Below the pieces are notes generated by a model. That model was not told the origin of the DNA. It saw only the letters and a list, made by a program, of their open reading frames with translations, and made no database searches. A program made the position numbers and the translations under genes. Positions 34,824 to 47,800 of a stretch of DNA of 64,000 nucleotides are shown piece after piece. Numbering within the stretch: the stretch's first letter is position 1; the number at the start of each line of letters is the position of its first letter. The DNA comes from Podarcis erhardii (Eukaryota): assembly GCA_964252035.1 (NCBI GenBank), contig OZ176206.1; one strand, written 5' to 3'.

Positions 34824-37509
34824 GTAAGAGCCAGGAAAAAGCATTAAGCACAAGACAGATAAGGTTCTGCTAGTTCACACACCTAAATCGAAGAACGAAT
34901 AGGCCCAGTAGGTTGTATTTTCCTCCAGGGAGCTGGGTTTCTGTGGTACAATTGCCTGCAATTGTCATTGAAACACTCTGCAAAAGCATTGCCATTCCTC
35001 TGAATGGAGACTGGGCTGTCTTTGCCGATGTGGCTGACTAGATTGTTCTACTACAACATGTAGCAAACTGCTTACTGCTTTGCAGGATTTGTCCTTTCTG
35101 CAGGTGCTTCACCAGAACATTTGGGGTGGGGTGGGGAGAATAGGAGGTAAGGACAGTGAACTAAAGATCCCTAAGAGCAAGCAGGAACAGCCTACTCCTC
35201 TATCTTGTCTGGAAATACGGGGCCCCTTTAAACATTACTCTAGTTTTGTCCAAATTGCTTTTATGTAAGTGGTAAAAGGAACCACCAAAACAGCAGGGCT
35301 GATTATGCAGCAACCAACAAAGGAAGCTCCCCATGGGAAGACGTCTGAGGTTAGTCCCTTGCCCATGGAGGTGGCATTGCTATTCGGCCTGTTGTGGACA
35401 GTTGGGAAGGGGGGTGTATCACAGCTCCAGCTTTTTGCTGGAGGGCCAAGTGGCACAGAGCAGTTTCCAACCAGCTAAAACTGGTACACTAGCTGTGGCT
35501 TTTTCTTGGCACATAGAGCCTGGCCATAGTTATCCATGGTCTGGGATTTTCCTAGTTAGTACAATAGGTTGTGTGGGGACCAGCTTTGAAGATTGCTTGG
35601 GAAGGACAGCTAGTTCCAGACACAGATGCAAGCTTCCTGACTAGGATCAGGTATTGGAAACACATTTCACCAATAATGGTCTCCACTAGCTCCTGGTGTG
35701 TTTTCAAGTGCAATTCTAGGTGCTAAGTTTTCAATCCCTGGCTTATGATCTGGGCACCTGATGGAACATTCCAACATTGACCAGTCCAAGCCCCAAAATC
35801 TTTGAAGGTTTTCCTCACTCCCTTGTCTGAAGGCTGCTGAGTAGCAATTAGGAAGAGGACTTTTTTGGTTGTAAACCCTCTTTTCCCAAGGAAGCTTGCC
35901 CAGTACCTGCTTAGAGGTCTTTTAGGCACCAGGCAAACCCCTATTTATTTTCTCAGGCTTTTCAAAACTAGATTGTTTTAAACATTCATTTCTAGTGTAC
36001 TGTTTTAGCATATTGAAAGCATATAAATGCTTCAATTGAATCATACCTCTGCCTATGGTGCGGTTGTACTAGAGTGCAAGAATTTTGGGCAATGGTATTC
36101 AGAGAAATTGATAAGATTTTAAACTACCACTTTATCCCAACTTCTCAATTAGCCCTTTTATTTATATTTGTCGAGGGTGATAAAAATTTGCATAATAAAG
36201 ACTTGCTAGTACACCTGCTTATAGTAGCTAGAATGACCGTGGTACTGTTTTCAAAAAATTGGGACAGGACCAATCTTACTACTTGGTGCACTGAAGTTTG
36301 GATATTGCCTGCTGGAAAAACTAATAAACTATGAGTCCTTAGGGGCCAAAGAAAAATGGATTTCATGTCTGTTTGTTCTGACTTTCATTTGTAAGCAAGG
36401 AGGAACATGGCCAAGGAATCCCCCTCAGCCTATGAACTAGTATGACTTATAAAATATTCAAATGTCCTGAATCAAATGTAATAACTTTCCCTTGTATAAT
36501 AGGGCATATGTTTTGTAACTCTCTTTTTTTAACCATTACATCTATGCTGTAAATAGTTCCAGTCGCTACCTTCCACACATTCACATACCTGTGGTTTATT
36601 TATTATGGCTTTATTTTATGTCTTTGTTTGACAGTGAGCTGTAATTGGTGATGGACTATGTATATTGTCATCACGTCTTGTTTGAGAACTTCCCCGGTAC
36701 CAACATGGTCATTAATAGAATCACATAATTTCCCTGGAGGAACTCTTTAGTTTTACCAGGAACATGTAAATAAGCTCTTCTCCAGCCAGCTTAGTTGCTA
36801 GTTAGCCCCTGATGCATCTTTGCTTACTCTGTCATTTCCCTCTGCAGAGTTTATCGAGAGATTCCTGCCCAGAGAGCTCCAGATCGTCAAGCGCTTGGAC
36901 CACAAGAACATCATCCGAGTGTACGAGATGCTGGAGTCAATGGACGGGAAGATCTACCTGGTGATGGAACTAGCAGAGGATGGAGACGTGTTTGACTGTG
37001 TCCTGCAAGGGGGGCCCTTGCCTGAGAGCCGGGCCAAATCGCTCTTCCGCCAGCTGGTGGAGGCAATCCGCTACTGCCACAGCTGTGGCGTGGCGCACCG
37101 TGACCTCAAGTGTGAGAATGCGCTCCTGCAGGGTTTCAACCTGAAACTGACCGATTTCGGATTTGCCAAGCTGCTCCCCAAAAACCGGAAGGAGCTGAGC
37201 CAGACGTTCTGTGGCAGCACAGCCTACGCAGCCCCCGAGGTGTTGCAGGGCGTGCCCCACGACAGCCGGAAAGGTGACATTTGGAGCATGGGCGTGGTTC
37301 TCTACGTCATGCTCTGTGCAAACCTGCCCTTTGACGACACGGATATCCCCAAGATGCTGTGCCACCAGCAGAAGGGGGTCTCCATTCCTGGCCACTTGGG
37401 GATTTCTGAGGAATGCCAGGACCTCCTCAAAAGCCTGTTGGAACCGGACATGATCCTGAGACCTTCCATCGAAGAAGTGAGTTGGCACCCGTGGTTAGCA
37501 AGCTCCTGA
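34679..37509 (+). CDS. TSSK3: Testis-specific serine/threonine kinase 3, 268 aa, two exons
   Basis: join(34679-34823,36848-37509) = 807 nt. MEEFLLSHGYQMGKTIGEGTYSKVK...HRDLKCENALL...DFGFAK...FCGSTAYAAPE...WHPWLASS*. Intact kinase motifs; matches recalled human TSSK3 in length and intron position (phase 1, GAAG|gtaaga ... tctgcag|AG). Confidence 0.98.
36050..36540 (+). mobile_element. L1 ORF2 C-terminal/3' fragment in the TSSK3 intron
   Basis: CTRVQEFWAMVFREIDKIL...LLVHLLIVARMTV...NWD resembles the L1 ORF2 C-terminus. Boundaries approximate. Confidence 0.7.
36848..37509 (+). CDS. TSSK3: TSSK3 exon 2 coding part
   Basis: tctgcag|AGTTTATC to TGA at 37507-37509; HRD, DFG and APE motifs. Confidence 0.98.
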
Positions 37510-37538
37510 GAAAAGGACCGTGTCAAAAACTCTCCCCA

Positions 37539-37544
37539 AATAAA
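37539..37544 (+). terminator. TSSK3 poly(A) signal AATAAA
   Basis: AATAAA about 30 nt after the stop, followed by T/GT-rich sequence. Confidence 0.7.
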
Positions 37545-37714
37545 AGGGGACAGGCTGTTTCCAAAATGCTCACATATATTTTAACGTTATGCTCAGTTTC
37601 TGGTCTATCCTTGCCCAATTCTTTGCACACTTCCCCCTCTCACTGGGCAAATTTGAAGTGGCCCCGGCCTCCAGAGATATATGAACAAGAGCAGAGAGGT
37701 GTGTCTTCCCTTGC

Positions 37715-37717
<3 letters not shown>

Positions 37718-37756
<39 letters not shown>
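37718..37756. repeat. (CT)n microsatellite downstream of TSSK3
   Basis: Direct reading. Confidence 0.95.
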
Positions 37757-37759
<3 letters not shown>

Positions 37760-38671
37760 ATCCAAAGCTGCCTCTAAGAAGCATTCCAATACAGACCAAG
37801 GGCATGCGTGATGACTCTTAAGGAGGGTGATTGGCTCCTCCCCAGCTGCCTCTTAAAGGCAGTGTTTCAGTGGGCATCCCGCAGGAGTACTTGCTACTTT
37901 GCAAAAAATATTCCCCCATGTCAAATATAAAACCCTAAGAAGCTGTCTTGTACTGACCCATCAGTCCATCTAGCTCAGCATTTTCAGCTCCAGCCTAAAA
38001 GAAGAGGTAAAAAGCTCCAGCCTACACCTACCTGGTGCTGTGAAGATGTTTTAGACTAAAATGCAGGGCAGCAGGTTGGCAGAGACTGGTCTGCTCTGAC
38101 AGGGAGGTTTTTCCCAGGCTGGTACCTCAAGAGCATTTTAACTGGAGGCCTCAGGCATGTAGAGGACAGGATCTGCTGAGTGACAGCCCGTCCTTCCATA
38201 GCTGGCAGATATATCTAACAAGCTTCTGCAATCTCTTTGGGCAAGAGCAAAATGAGGCAACTGATAGGGTAGGAAAGACACCCTAGAGCCCTTGCAGCCA
38301 GAGGCCAAGCAGGGGCTGTGAATTACTTGCTCCCAAGAGCGCTCTTTCTCCCTTATCATGAAGGCCCCAAAGAAACAACTTTCCAAACAGAATCTGAAGG
38401 AAGCAGCTGCTTTTATTTTTGTCATGGTGGACCTAGAGCTGGGGTGGGGGGGAGGGATCCCACTGCCACTCCCACATTCTCTCTCCTCTTCAGCCACCCC
38501 TAAACACCTTGCCCTTCAGACTAGAGGATACAGATCCTTCACCCTCCCATCCCACCATATCTTCCAAGAGTATAGCAGCTAGTTGTAACCCCTATTCTGG
38601 CAATACAGCCTGTCTTGTTGCTCATCCCCTCTAAGACAGCAGTGTGTTATTTGGCATCTCTAAAAGGAAGA

Positions 38672-38870
38672 GAATCATAGAATGGCAGAGTTGGAAGAGA
38701 CCCCAAGGGTCATCTAGTCCAACCCCCTACAATGCAGGAATCAAAGCTAACGAATCTCTGGCAGGTGGGCAGCCAACCTCGGTTGAAAAGCCACCACCTT
38801 CCGAAGTTGTTGATTCCACTGTCAAACAGTTATCAGCGTCAGAAAGTTCTTCCTAAGACTTTGAATCTGA
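38672..38870 (-). mobile_element. CR1 3' end fragment
   Basis: gaatcatagaatggcagagttggaagagacccc...ggtcatctagtccaacccc reverse CR1 tail. Confidence 0.7.
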
Positions 38871-38993
38871 ACTGAATTTGAAAAAACACACACTTCCCAA
38901 ACTATGGCTGCCACACCTACTTACACAACAGGGTTGCTGGGGGGGGGGCAGAGTCAAGAAACCAATATCACCAGGTCATTTCTGTAGAACTCT

Positions 38994-38999
38994 TTTAAT
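38994..38999 (-). terminator. Probable distal BSDC1 poly(A) signal ATTAAA (3' UTR about 2.9 kb)
   Basis: tttaat on the plus strand with GT/T-rich sequence downstream on the minus strand; a proximal AATAAA lies at 41158-41163. Confidence 0.45.
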
Positions 39000-41858
39000 T
39001 GCTGTTAACGGCAAGTCTGTAAAAGGTTCAGGAGAAAGTCATCATTACAAAACTAAACAGCTGTTAGAGTCACTTCTTCACCCCAGCTAGAAAACAGTCT
39101 AGGGAGTTGCAGTATAATTTAAAAATGAGAGAATATTGCACAACCAAGAGAGAAGAAAATCAACTATGGAGAATTATGATGAAATCAGAGCCTCAGTGCT
39201 TTTCCCCAACCCCAACTGGGAATGAACCTCATCCCCTTGGCAGGCTACCTCCTTGAAACAGAATCTGGCTCTCTACTACCATGCTTTGCCCCATCATCAC
39301 ACAGACACATCTAAAAAAGCAAGCTGACCCAGGAGCTACAGATGTCCCTTGACAACCACCATCCTTCTCAGACACTTGGATTTGGGCTCTTCTAGGCAGA
39401 TGTCACACCACTGATTCCTGGCCCCCCTATGCTCTGCTAAACTCAATGAGATCCAGTCTTCAAGGGGATATAGAATATAGCTCATTTTCTAAACTATCTT
39501 CGTGTCCCGTGGCTTAGCCAGGCCCTCATATGGATGATTAAGACACATCCAAAAGCAGTCCCCTCAAGACTGTGATGGAGCTCGTACCTGCAAATGCAGG
39601 AAACATTCATTTTTGCACTATGCTGGAGAAGGGCAGTGGGGCACACGCTACCCTGCCCCCCCCAAAAAACTATCCTGTTTTAGATCACAGGAATAGAAGT
39701 GGCCTTATACCAGCAACTCGAGCAGAAGGCCAAACCCACCTCCTGCTGCTACATGATCTTTCTAAAGGGAGATGGCAAGGACTGAGACAGGGATGCAGCA
39801 TGAATGTATGTGCTCCACCACTGATCCCCATTTCAGAAGCAACAGCTCATGTGGACCGAGGACAAACACAAGAAGAAATACTGTGAACAAAGCAACCAAG
39901 AAACTTGGGTGCTTCACTCTCCTTAACCTGCTTTTAGGGCTGACTCTGTTGCTAGTTTCCCCCAAATGGGGGTTCATTTACATGGGCTGGCTCATACAGG
40001 AGCCTGCAAACATGTCTCCACACCATCAGAAGCCTCTAGGAGAGGTGACTGTAGCAGCTATAAATTCTGACAGCTACTAAGCGACCCATGGAGAGCCTCC
40101 TTCCAGCTCTCGCACAGTACTGCTACGTGCTTACTTGCTTACTCTCCTTTTGGCAGTGTTTGGCTTCCAATGGGAGCAGGAAAGAGAAATAAGGAGCAGG
40201 AACTTTCTTATTCCTGTCTGGTACTCTTAAGAAGCCAGGCACTATTGAGAAGATGAATGTATGAGCAGCAGCACTGTGAGAAGGCTGGAAGGGAGTCGCC
40301 TTTGGATGGCTCTGACAAATATCAGATGCTTCTGAAGGCTCAACCACAGGGGCTCTGGTATGAAACCAGCCTAAGGTATATTGCATCATTGGGGAGGAAC
40401 ATAAGCACATTTCCTGTCACAGCTGTATGCATCAGAGAGATGCTGAACCTCCACACAACTCCCATTTGCGTCAACGGAGTTTGTGCACGAGAGCTTCCTA
40501 ATGGAGAGGAAGCCCATTTCCATTTTGGACCCATTTTAGAAAAGCATGAACAGAGCTAATCAGTTCTGAGGTCAGAGATGCTCAAGTTTTTACATGCGCT
40601 TTCGACTCAACTATGTTGTGGCAAGGAGCATATCAGGAGAAGGGGGGGATCGCACCAAAAGGAAACAGATATGCCTAGAGAAGGTCAGAGGGATGCGGGC
40701 AAGGAAGGAACACAGCCTTGTAGGCAGATGTAGCTCTTGGCAAGGTTGGGGAGCATAAGAGACCTCTCCCCGGGGATGGGGTTTTTCCAGAGGCTTGCTA
40801 CATACTAGCCTTCACTAGGTTGGCGAAGGCTGCCATAGACAGAGATTGACAAATGCATCAGCCCAAGTGGGGGCAGGAAAGAGGGGCATGAGGCTTTGGC
40901 AAATGCTGGTCCTTCAACACTGACCGTCAGTGCTTCTCAGGGATGCCTAATAGCAAGGCTACCAGCAGAGGAGCTGCACTTGCGCCATTCAGCAGCTCCA
41001 CAAAAACTCACACCCAGCCCTTTTCAAAGAAGGTCTTAGCAGCACAACCCAGCAGGAACATCTCCTTCCACTTGCGTTCAATTCAGGGGAGCTTGTGCTG
41101 TAGATGCTCCCACTAGTGACACATGCTGCTAAGCAAGGATTCAGCTTAAGATTTCATTTTTATTTTTTAAAAAGTGCTTCAAGTCCCAGAAAAGCAGAGA
41201 AGGAGCAGTTCAGGAGGGATAGGTAAGGATGAGAGGACTCTCCCAGCTTTTCAATGTCCTGGCTTTCTATCAGGCAGTGCAAGATGCTAAGGGAAATAGG
41301 TATGAGCAATCAGACACCATGCTAGAGGGGTTGTCTTCTCCTTCTCTAAAAGCTTATTGGGTTTCATGAAAACACTCACACAGGAGGAGGCACAGCTAGG
41401 AAGTGGCCAGCCTAGTGAAGAACAGGCATAATAATCCTAATTATCTTCTAGAGCCCAGTCAGACTCACCCCACACCCACCCCAAACCACCATCAACTGAC
41501 ACCCACCTCAAACCGTGCCCTCCCCAAAGGAAAATAAATCCACACTGAGACAGCTCTGAGAGAAGCAATAGTCCAGAGGACCTACTGGGAAGATGCACCT
41601 ATCCCTGTGCCCCACTCCCTCTGCCGAGGCTCTTCGGCAGCCCCACGTGATACCAGCCACCACCAGGATCCAAGTGTGGGTTATGGTCCAAGGTCCCCAA
41701 CAGGATTTCAGCAGAGATGAGATGCAGCCAGCCCGGAACACATTTACACAGGAAAAAGGAACCGGTTGCTCTGTGGTTTAATTCACATTGGATGGTGCGG
41801 AGGGGGGAAGGGGGTGGGGGAAGATACCAAGATGCACCACGGAAGTGACGGCCCCATG

Positions 41859-41891
41859 TTATTCCCAGTCTTCCCATTCTTCATCTTCCAT
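41859..41891 (-). CDS. BSDC1: BSDC1 exon 11 coding part
   Basis: ctgcag|ATGGAAGATGAAGAATGGGAAGACTGGGAATAA = MEDEEWEDWE*. Confidence 0.94.
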   Translation of the reverse strand: MEDEEWEDWE

Positions 41892-44800
41892 CTGCAGTAG
41901 GAGAGGGAGGGAGCGCAAGAAGAAAGGTGTTTTAAGGTAGGATGTTACAAAGGGACAAAGAGCAAGCACTGACCGAGGTCACACAATGATTGTGCACAGG
42001 ATTAGACCAAGAACTGCCAGCAAATTAAAGCATTTTAAGTTGACTGATCCTTTGACTTGCAAAGAACCAACCAAGCAATCCAGTCTATGTGCTGCTGAAA
42101 CATTATTAAAACCTGAGACCCGAAGCCATATATACAGTTGCAATGAAAATTATTCAACCCCCATTGCAAATCAGGTTTATCATCAAAATTTTACAGACTT
42201 TCAGCTGTTGGCAATGAGGAAATCAAACAAATACAATTGAAATAGCTCAACCCAACGGATGCTTCAAGTGGTTTCCCCAAATTCAACTAAAATAGATGTG
42301 GCCTTGAAGATACAAGTGATTGGATCCCAGTCAGCAGTCTTGCCAGAGAGAGAACTAAAGCATTAAGATAGTCCTCCTCTTCTTCTTCCTCAGTGCCTGG
42401 CTGCTCCTCTTCTACAAAAGAGCAGGCATGGCATTTTTTTCTGAAGCACAAAGACATGCCTGTGTCCAACACAAGTCATGTACATGTTAGTGTCACAAAG
42501 GTGTGAGCAACAAAATAAAGAAAAATAAGGTCCTCATTGTCTCTTCTGAAAGCCCTCTTAAGGCTGCAACCCTACAACCCTTTCCTGGGAGTAAGCCAGT
42601 GACCAAACGACAGCCTTTTTTCAAAAGGCCTTTGTAATATGTTCTGCCACCACCCCAATAACCCCAGGGACGGTCTTCTGGACCTGGCTGCCTACAAGGA
42701 CTCACCTCCCCAGAAATGTCCACCTTGGAGAGGGCCAACTGCACCTCTTCTTCAGTCATGTCCAGGTCAAAGTCCTTTTCCCAATCCTCACTAATATCTG
42801 TGCTAGAGCCTGAAATGAAAAGAACAACAGAGGCGTCCCCTGCTCAAGGCTTCTGATGTACCACAAATGCCACAGCAGGAAGTAAATCACTAAACAACAA
42901 CAAATGCACTCAAGGCTGTGCGGCATCCACACCTCTGTAGCCAGACCACACCAACATAGAAATGGGTGTTATTCCAGCGCTGTCAAGGGTCAAGAGGGGC
43001 TTGCAAATGGGTAACTTTCCACATGCTAATGCACATTTACAGAGGGCTGAGGTTTGGCTCCCTGGGCACTGTCCAGGCTACCCACCTTTCTTCCCATTGT
43101 TGGAGGGAGTGGATTTCCCGCTGTCGGAGTTGAGTTCAAAGAGTCGCAGATCCATTGGCCCGTCCTCTCGCAGAGTCTCTGTCCTGCTCACTGGCTTGGC
43201 CTCCGCTTTTTCCTTGGGTTGCTCTGGGGAAGGCTTTGCCTCTGGAGCAGCTGGGGAAGGATGTGCAGGCTCTGCTGGCTTTGCGAGTGAGGTCTGCTCC
43301 TCTGCGGTAGCTTCCTGCAGCCTCTGAGAGATGTCCCCTGCCCCAGAGAGCTGGGCTCCAGTCTGTAAGGGCACAGCAGGTGAAGCAGCAGCAGCAGGTG
43401 CAGCAGTAGCAGCAGGGTTTGCAACCTGAGTCACCAAAGAGATGCTTTCGCTGCTTTCAGATGGAGTCACCTCTGCCGGGGCAGTGCTCAGCATAGCCCA
43501 GCTTTCCACCGATGCCTCTAGGGTCGGAGTGAGCACTGCTGCAGAGGTGGGGGAAGCTGGCTTCACCTCTTGGGGAGATTGCGAGCAGACGTTAGACTGG
43601 GAGGAGGATGACCCAAGGAATTCCTCTGTGGTAGAAGAGGTGAGAGAGTGAGGCAAAACAGGTGAGAAAATGTGTCACTGATGACATTCATAAGCAGGGG
43701 AAAATGAGCAGTGGGAAACAAGCAGGGGGAAATTCTTGCTTTTCCCTCTGACTTGGTAAGGGAAAGACTGATCAGGAAGTTTTCCTTACAGCCTTCTGAA
43801 TACTAATAATGCCTACAAAGTTTCCCTACAAAGAGAAGGTTTCTCTCCCCTGCCCTTCTCTTTTGTACTTCCTGACATGTTATTTCTTAGCAATGAGGGC
43901 ACTACCAAGAAATAAGCCATTTAATTTCCCCCTGCCAGGATGCCTGCGATTTTTTTCTCCCTTTCTCCCAAGCTTTAAAAATGTCCAAAAATTGTAACAC
44001 TGCTAAGCAAAACAGCTCCTAAGATTTTTTTTGTGCAATAAGACAAGCAAAAACTTCATCTGCATTCATTAGTGAAATTTCAGGTGAGGGCCCCATCTTT
44101 ATATATATGTGCGGCTTATGTTACTCTGTACACCAATAGGGCTACGTTAACCATCAAGGCAGACTAAGCTGGGAATCCCCAAACAGAAACAGTTAGAGGA
44201 GGATGGGCAACTTGCCTAGAAAAACCCACTCTTGCACTGCAACCCAGAGCAAAACTTTAGGGGGCTAGAGCATGTTTACAGACTCCCATCAGGAAAGGAG
44301 CAAACAGTGGCCCTCACCATGTTTAAACAAGCCCAGCTGCTAAGGAGGCAGCCAATATTGCAAATTTCAGCCTAATGAAGACACACCAAGTCCAAATCTG
44401 TCTCCAAGAAGATTTCAAAATGCTGGTTCTCAACTATGTGGAGGCCTGAATGAACTGGGAACTACCGTATTTTTCGCTCTATAACATGTACCCAACCATA
44501 ACACGCACATAGTTTTTAGAGGAGGAAAATCCATCCACCCATGGGCATTCCCTCCACAACACGCACAGACATTTCCCCTTACTTTTTAGGAGGAAAAAAG
44601 TGAGTGTTATGGTGCAAAAAATACGGTAGTTACCTGAAGAACTGTCACCTGTCAAATAGATCTGCTCATGTCCTGAATTCATCAACTGAGGCCTTGCTTC
44701 AATTAACTCCACCTTCAGGGGTTAGACAGGTGGCTACCAAAGACAAGACCTTTTCTACCATTGCACCAAAATGATGGAAGGCCCTTCCCCTTTACTATTC

Positions 44801-47800
44801 TTTTAGGCACCAAGTGAATTCTTCTCTATTGTCCCAATTTCTGGACATAAAAAGCACGAGTGGTTTAGTCATTGTATTTGTTCTCAAGGCAGATGCTCTT
44901 CTGATGTTGATCTGAGTTTTATTTTGTATTTTATCCTTGCATGGTTTTAATTTGGCATGGAAGTTGCCCCAAAAGGTATTAGTGGAAAGATGCAGTATGC
45001 ATCTTTTCAATAAATAAATTGTGCATAAAGTGCAGGAAACTATAAACAAAGGGGCCAGAAGACCCCTCCAGGCATCTTGCCCAGCTGGGAAGCAATTTCT
45101 TTTCACTAACCTTCTTCCTCTTCCCAGCCTGGCTCCTCTGAATGAACACTTTGTTCTGCCCGCTGCTTCAAAACCTCTCTCCGGACCTCCTCCTGGGACA
45201 GAAAGGAATTCAGATGGCTGTCAGAAGTTGCTCACCTGCTGACCAGGGAGAGGGCACAAGACTACCCCTGCAGGCAGAGTTCAAGAGCTCATACTCCTGG
45301 GTGAGAAAAGATTTCTGACAGGTGAACATGGGAAGGAAGGTGGCAAGCAAGGGGAAGAGAGAAAATACTTATAGAGCTAAACCAAAGGGACATGCCCAAG
45401 AGTAGGACAGAAGTTTCTGGGGTCAGGCCTCAAGGCAAACCCTCAATCCCCTGGAAGGTACTATGGAAAGTCCTCACCTGAGCATCAGAACAGGTGCAAC
45501 CTGAGCAACAGGAACCCCATAGGCCTGAGTGTAAACCCTCATCTGCAGGTTTACCAGTTGGTGTTCATTGCTCATGATTCTGGCAGGCTAACAAGACTTG
45601 GGCTAACAAAGGCTTGACTTTAAAATGTCTTGGCACAAGCAAAGAGCTTCCTGCTAACAAACAATCTCTCACCATACAAAACAGCCACTCCTTCCACTTC
45701 TCCTTAGTTCAAGCTGCACTTTGCATCTAGACTTCCAAGTCATTTGAAATGTGACCACATATGCCGCCTTACCACTGGCATGCTTGATTCTTCCAACTGC
45801 TCCAGTCTCTTCATAAGGGCATGATTCCTGTAGTCTGAAGCAGCGGCACTCTCTTACCACTTCCCACCCCCCAAACTGAGTAGGCCAGAATCTCAAAGAA
45901 TTCTACAAGCCTAGGACATTTCCAAGGGTTCTGCTGTTCCACAGTGCAACTGAATGCTAAGTGACACACTGTCTGCTTCAGGAAAAAAGACAGGAAGGGC
46001 TTGGCAAGCAAGCTGCATTAAGGGATGAGGTAGGAGCCACTCTGTGCTCCTACCTCATCAGGTGCATCCCACAGGTGCACATGAGAAAGACCTATAAACA
46101 TCTTTCCCTGAGCCTCTCTCTGGAAATGTGACTTAGAAGACTGTCCTGGAAAGACACTGTTGCACCCTCCTTCAAACACCCTTGTGTTGCCCCTTACTGC
46201 ATCCTGCAATGGAGAAAAACTGACTCTGTCTCAGTCGCTCCCAGAGATAACCTCTACAAACTCACCTGCTCCAGCTGATGGACTTTGTAGAAGTAGCGTT
46301 GCCAGAATTCAGAATGGGACACAGCCACTGGCACCTGATGTCAATAGAAGGAAACAGAAGGATGAACAGGGATGCAGTGGATACAGTTGTCTTAAACCAG
46401 AATCACATTAGGGGAGTACACACAACCCCCTCATAGGTTCACCCAGGAGAGCAAGGCCGTTGTGGGGTTGCACTCCATAGCCCCATCAACACCAAGTGTG
46501 AGACAGGCCCTGCATGCATATACAGAGACTCCTCCACACTGGGGGGATTCTAATAAGACAGACTGCATGGCTGAATGTGTGTAGGGAATTATGGGTGGAG
46601 AGATTACGTCTGTAAGAGGTAAGAGAAGAAACCCCTAGGATTTTAAGACACTGCTGCTCCCTAGAATCTTCTGTTAGGAACCAAATTTTCTGCATTCAAA
46701 AGCATTACACAGGGATTGCAATGGACATGTTCTGGAGCCCTGCCTCTTCCTTCAGAATAGAGAACAGCACCACCCCACAGATAAATGTGAGCAACTAACC
46801 TCTAGAGCAACTGTTTGAAAACAAGACCCAGAAGATCAAGGGACTAAGCCACACTGCACCACCTTACCATCTTGGAGTAGAGAGAGCGGATGGAAGGGCT
46901 GTTCACCAGCAGCTCCGAGATCTCCCCTTTCTTCTCCTCTAGGTTGAAGTGCAATAGCCAGACTTCAAAGAGCTGAGAGGGTCCTGCAGAGGATAGAAGA
47001 AACACCACCATATCACAGTGGAAGTGGTACAATCAGCTTCCATACCTGAGGACTAGAAAGTGACCAACGTAACACCAATTTTTGAAATGGGAACCAAGGG
47101 GGATCCTGGAAAATTGCAGTCTGGTTAGCTTAACATCTTTCCCAGGAAGACTGGTGGAAAGTATTGCTAAAGAAACCTGGAAGGTGGCAACATGAGCATA
47201 GGCCTTACTGTCATGGCTCCCTGTTTCTGGAATGCCCTCTCCAAGGAGGCTTACCTGGCACCTTCATTACATTATCCTTAGGTGCCAGGTAAAAACATTT
47301 GTCTTCAACTAGGCATTTGGCTGATTATAATTCTATGACTTTTTAAATGTGTTTGTTGGTTGCATTATGTATTTTGCGTTTTCACTTTGTATCGTGTTAT
47401 GAACTGCCCTGTGACCTTCAGAGGAAGGACCATACACAAACCTAATAAATAAATAACAAAATTATGCATGGTGCGCAGAAAGTGGACAGAGAAAGGTTTC
47501 TGACCCTATCTCATAACACTAGAACTCAGGGACCTTCGATGAAGCTGAATGTTAGAAGATTCAGGACAAACAAAAGTACTTTTCCTAAAAGCATATATAA
47601 AATTCGCTCCCCCAAGAGGCATTGATGGCTCTTGGATGGCTTTAAAAGAGGATCACACAAATTCATGGATAAAGCCCACAACAGCTACTAACCAAGATGG
47701 CCATGCTCTACCTCCATGGCTGGAGGCAGTATACTTCTGAATAACAGTTACTGGAAAATACTGGAGGGGAGAGTGCTGTTGCACTCAAGTCTGTCTTGCT

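Noticed and set aside
36970-37526. 172-aa and other antisense or alternative-frame ORFs over TSSK3 exon 2
   Set aside because: Shadow ORFs caused by the high GC3 of the real exon.
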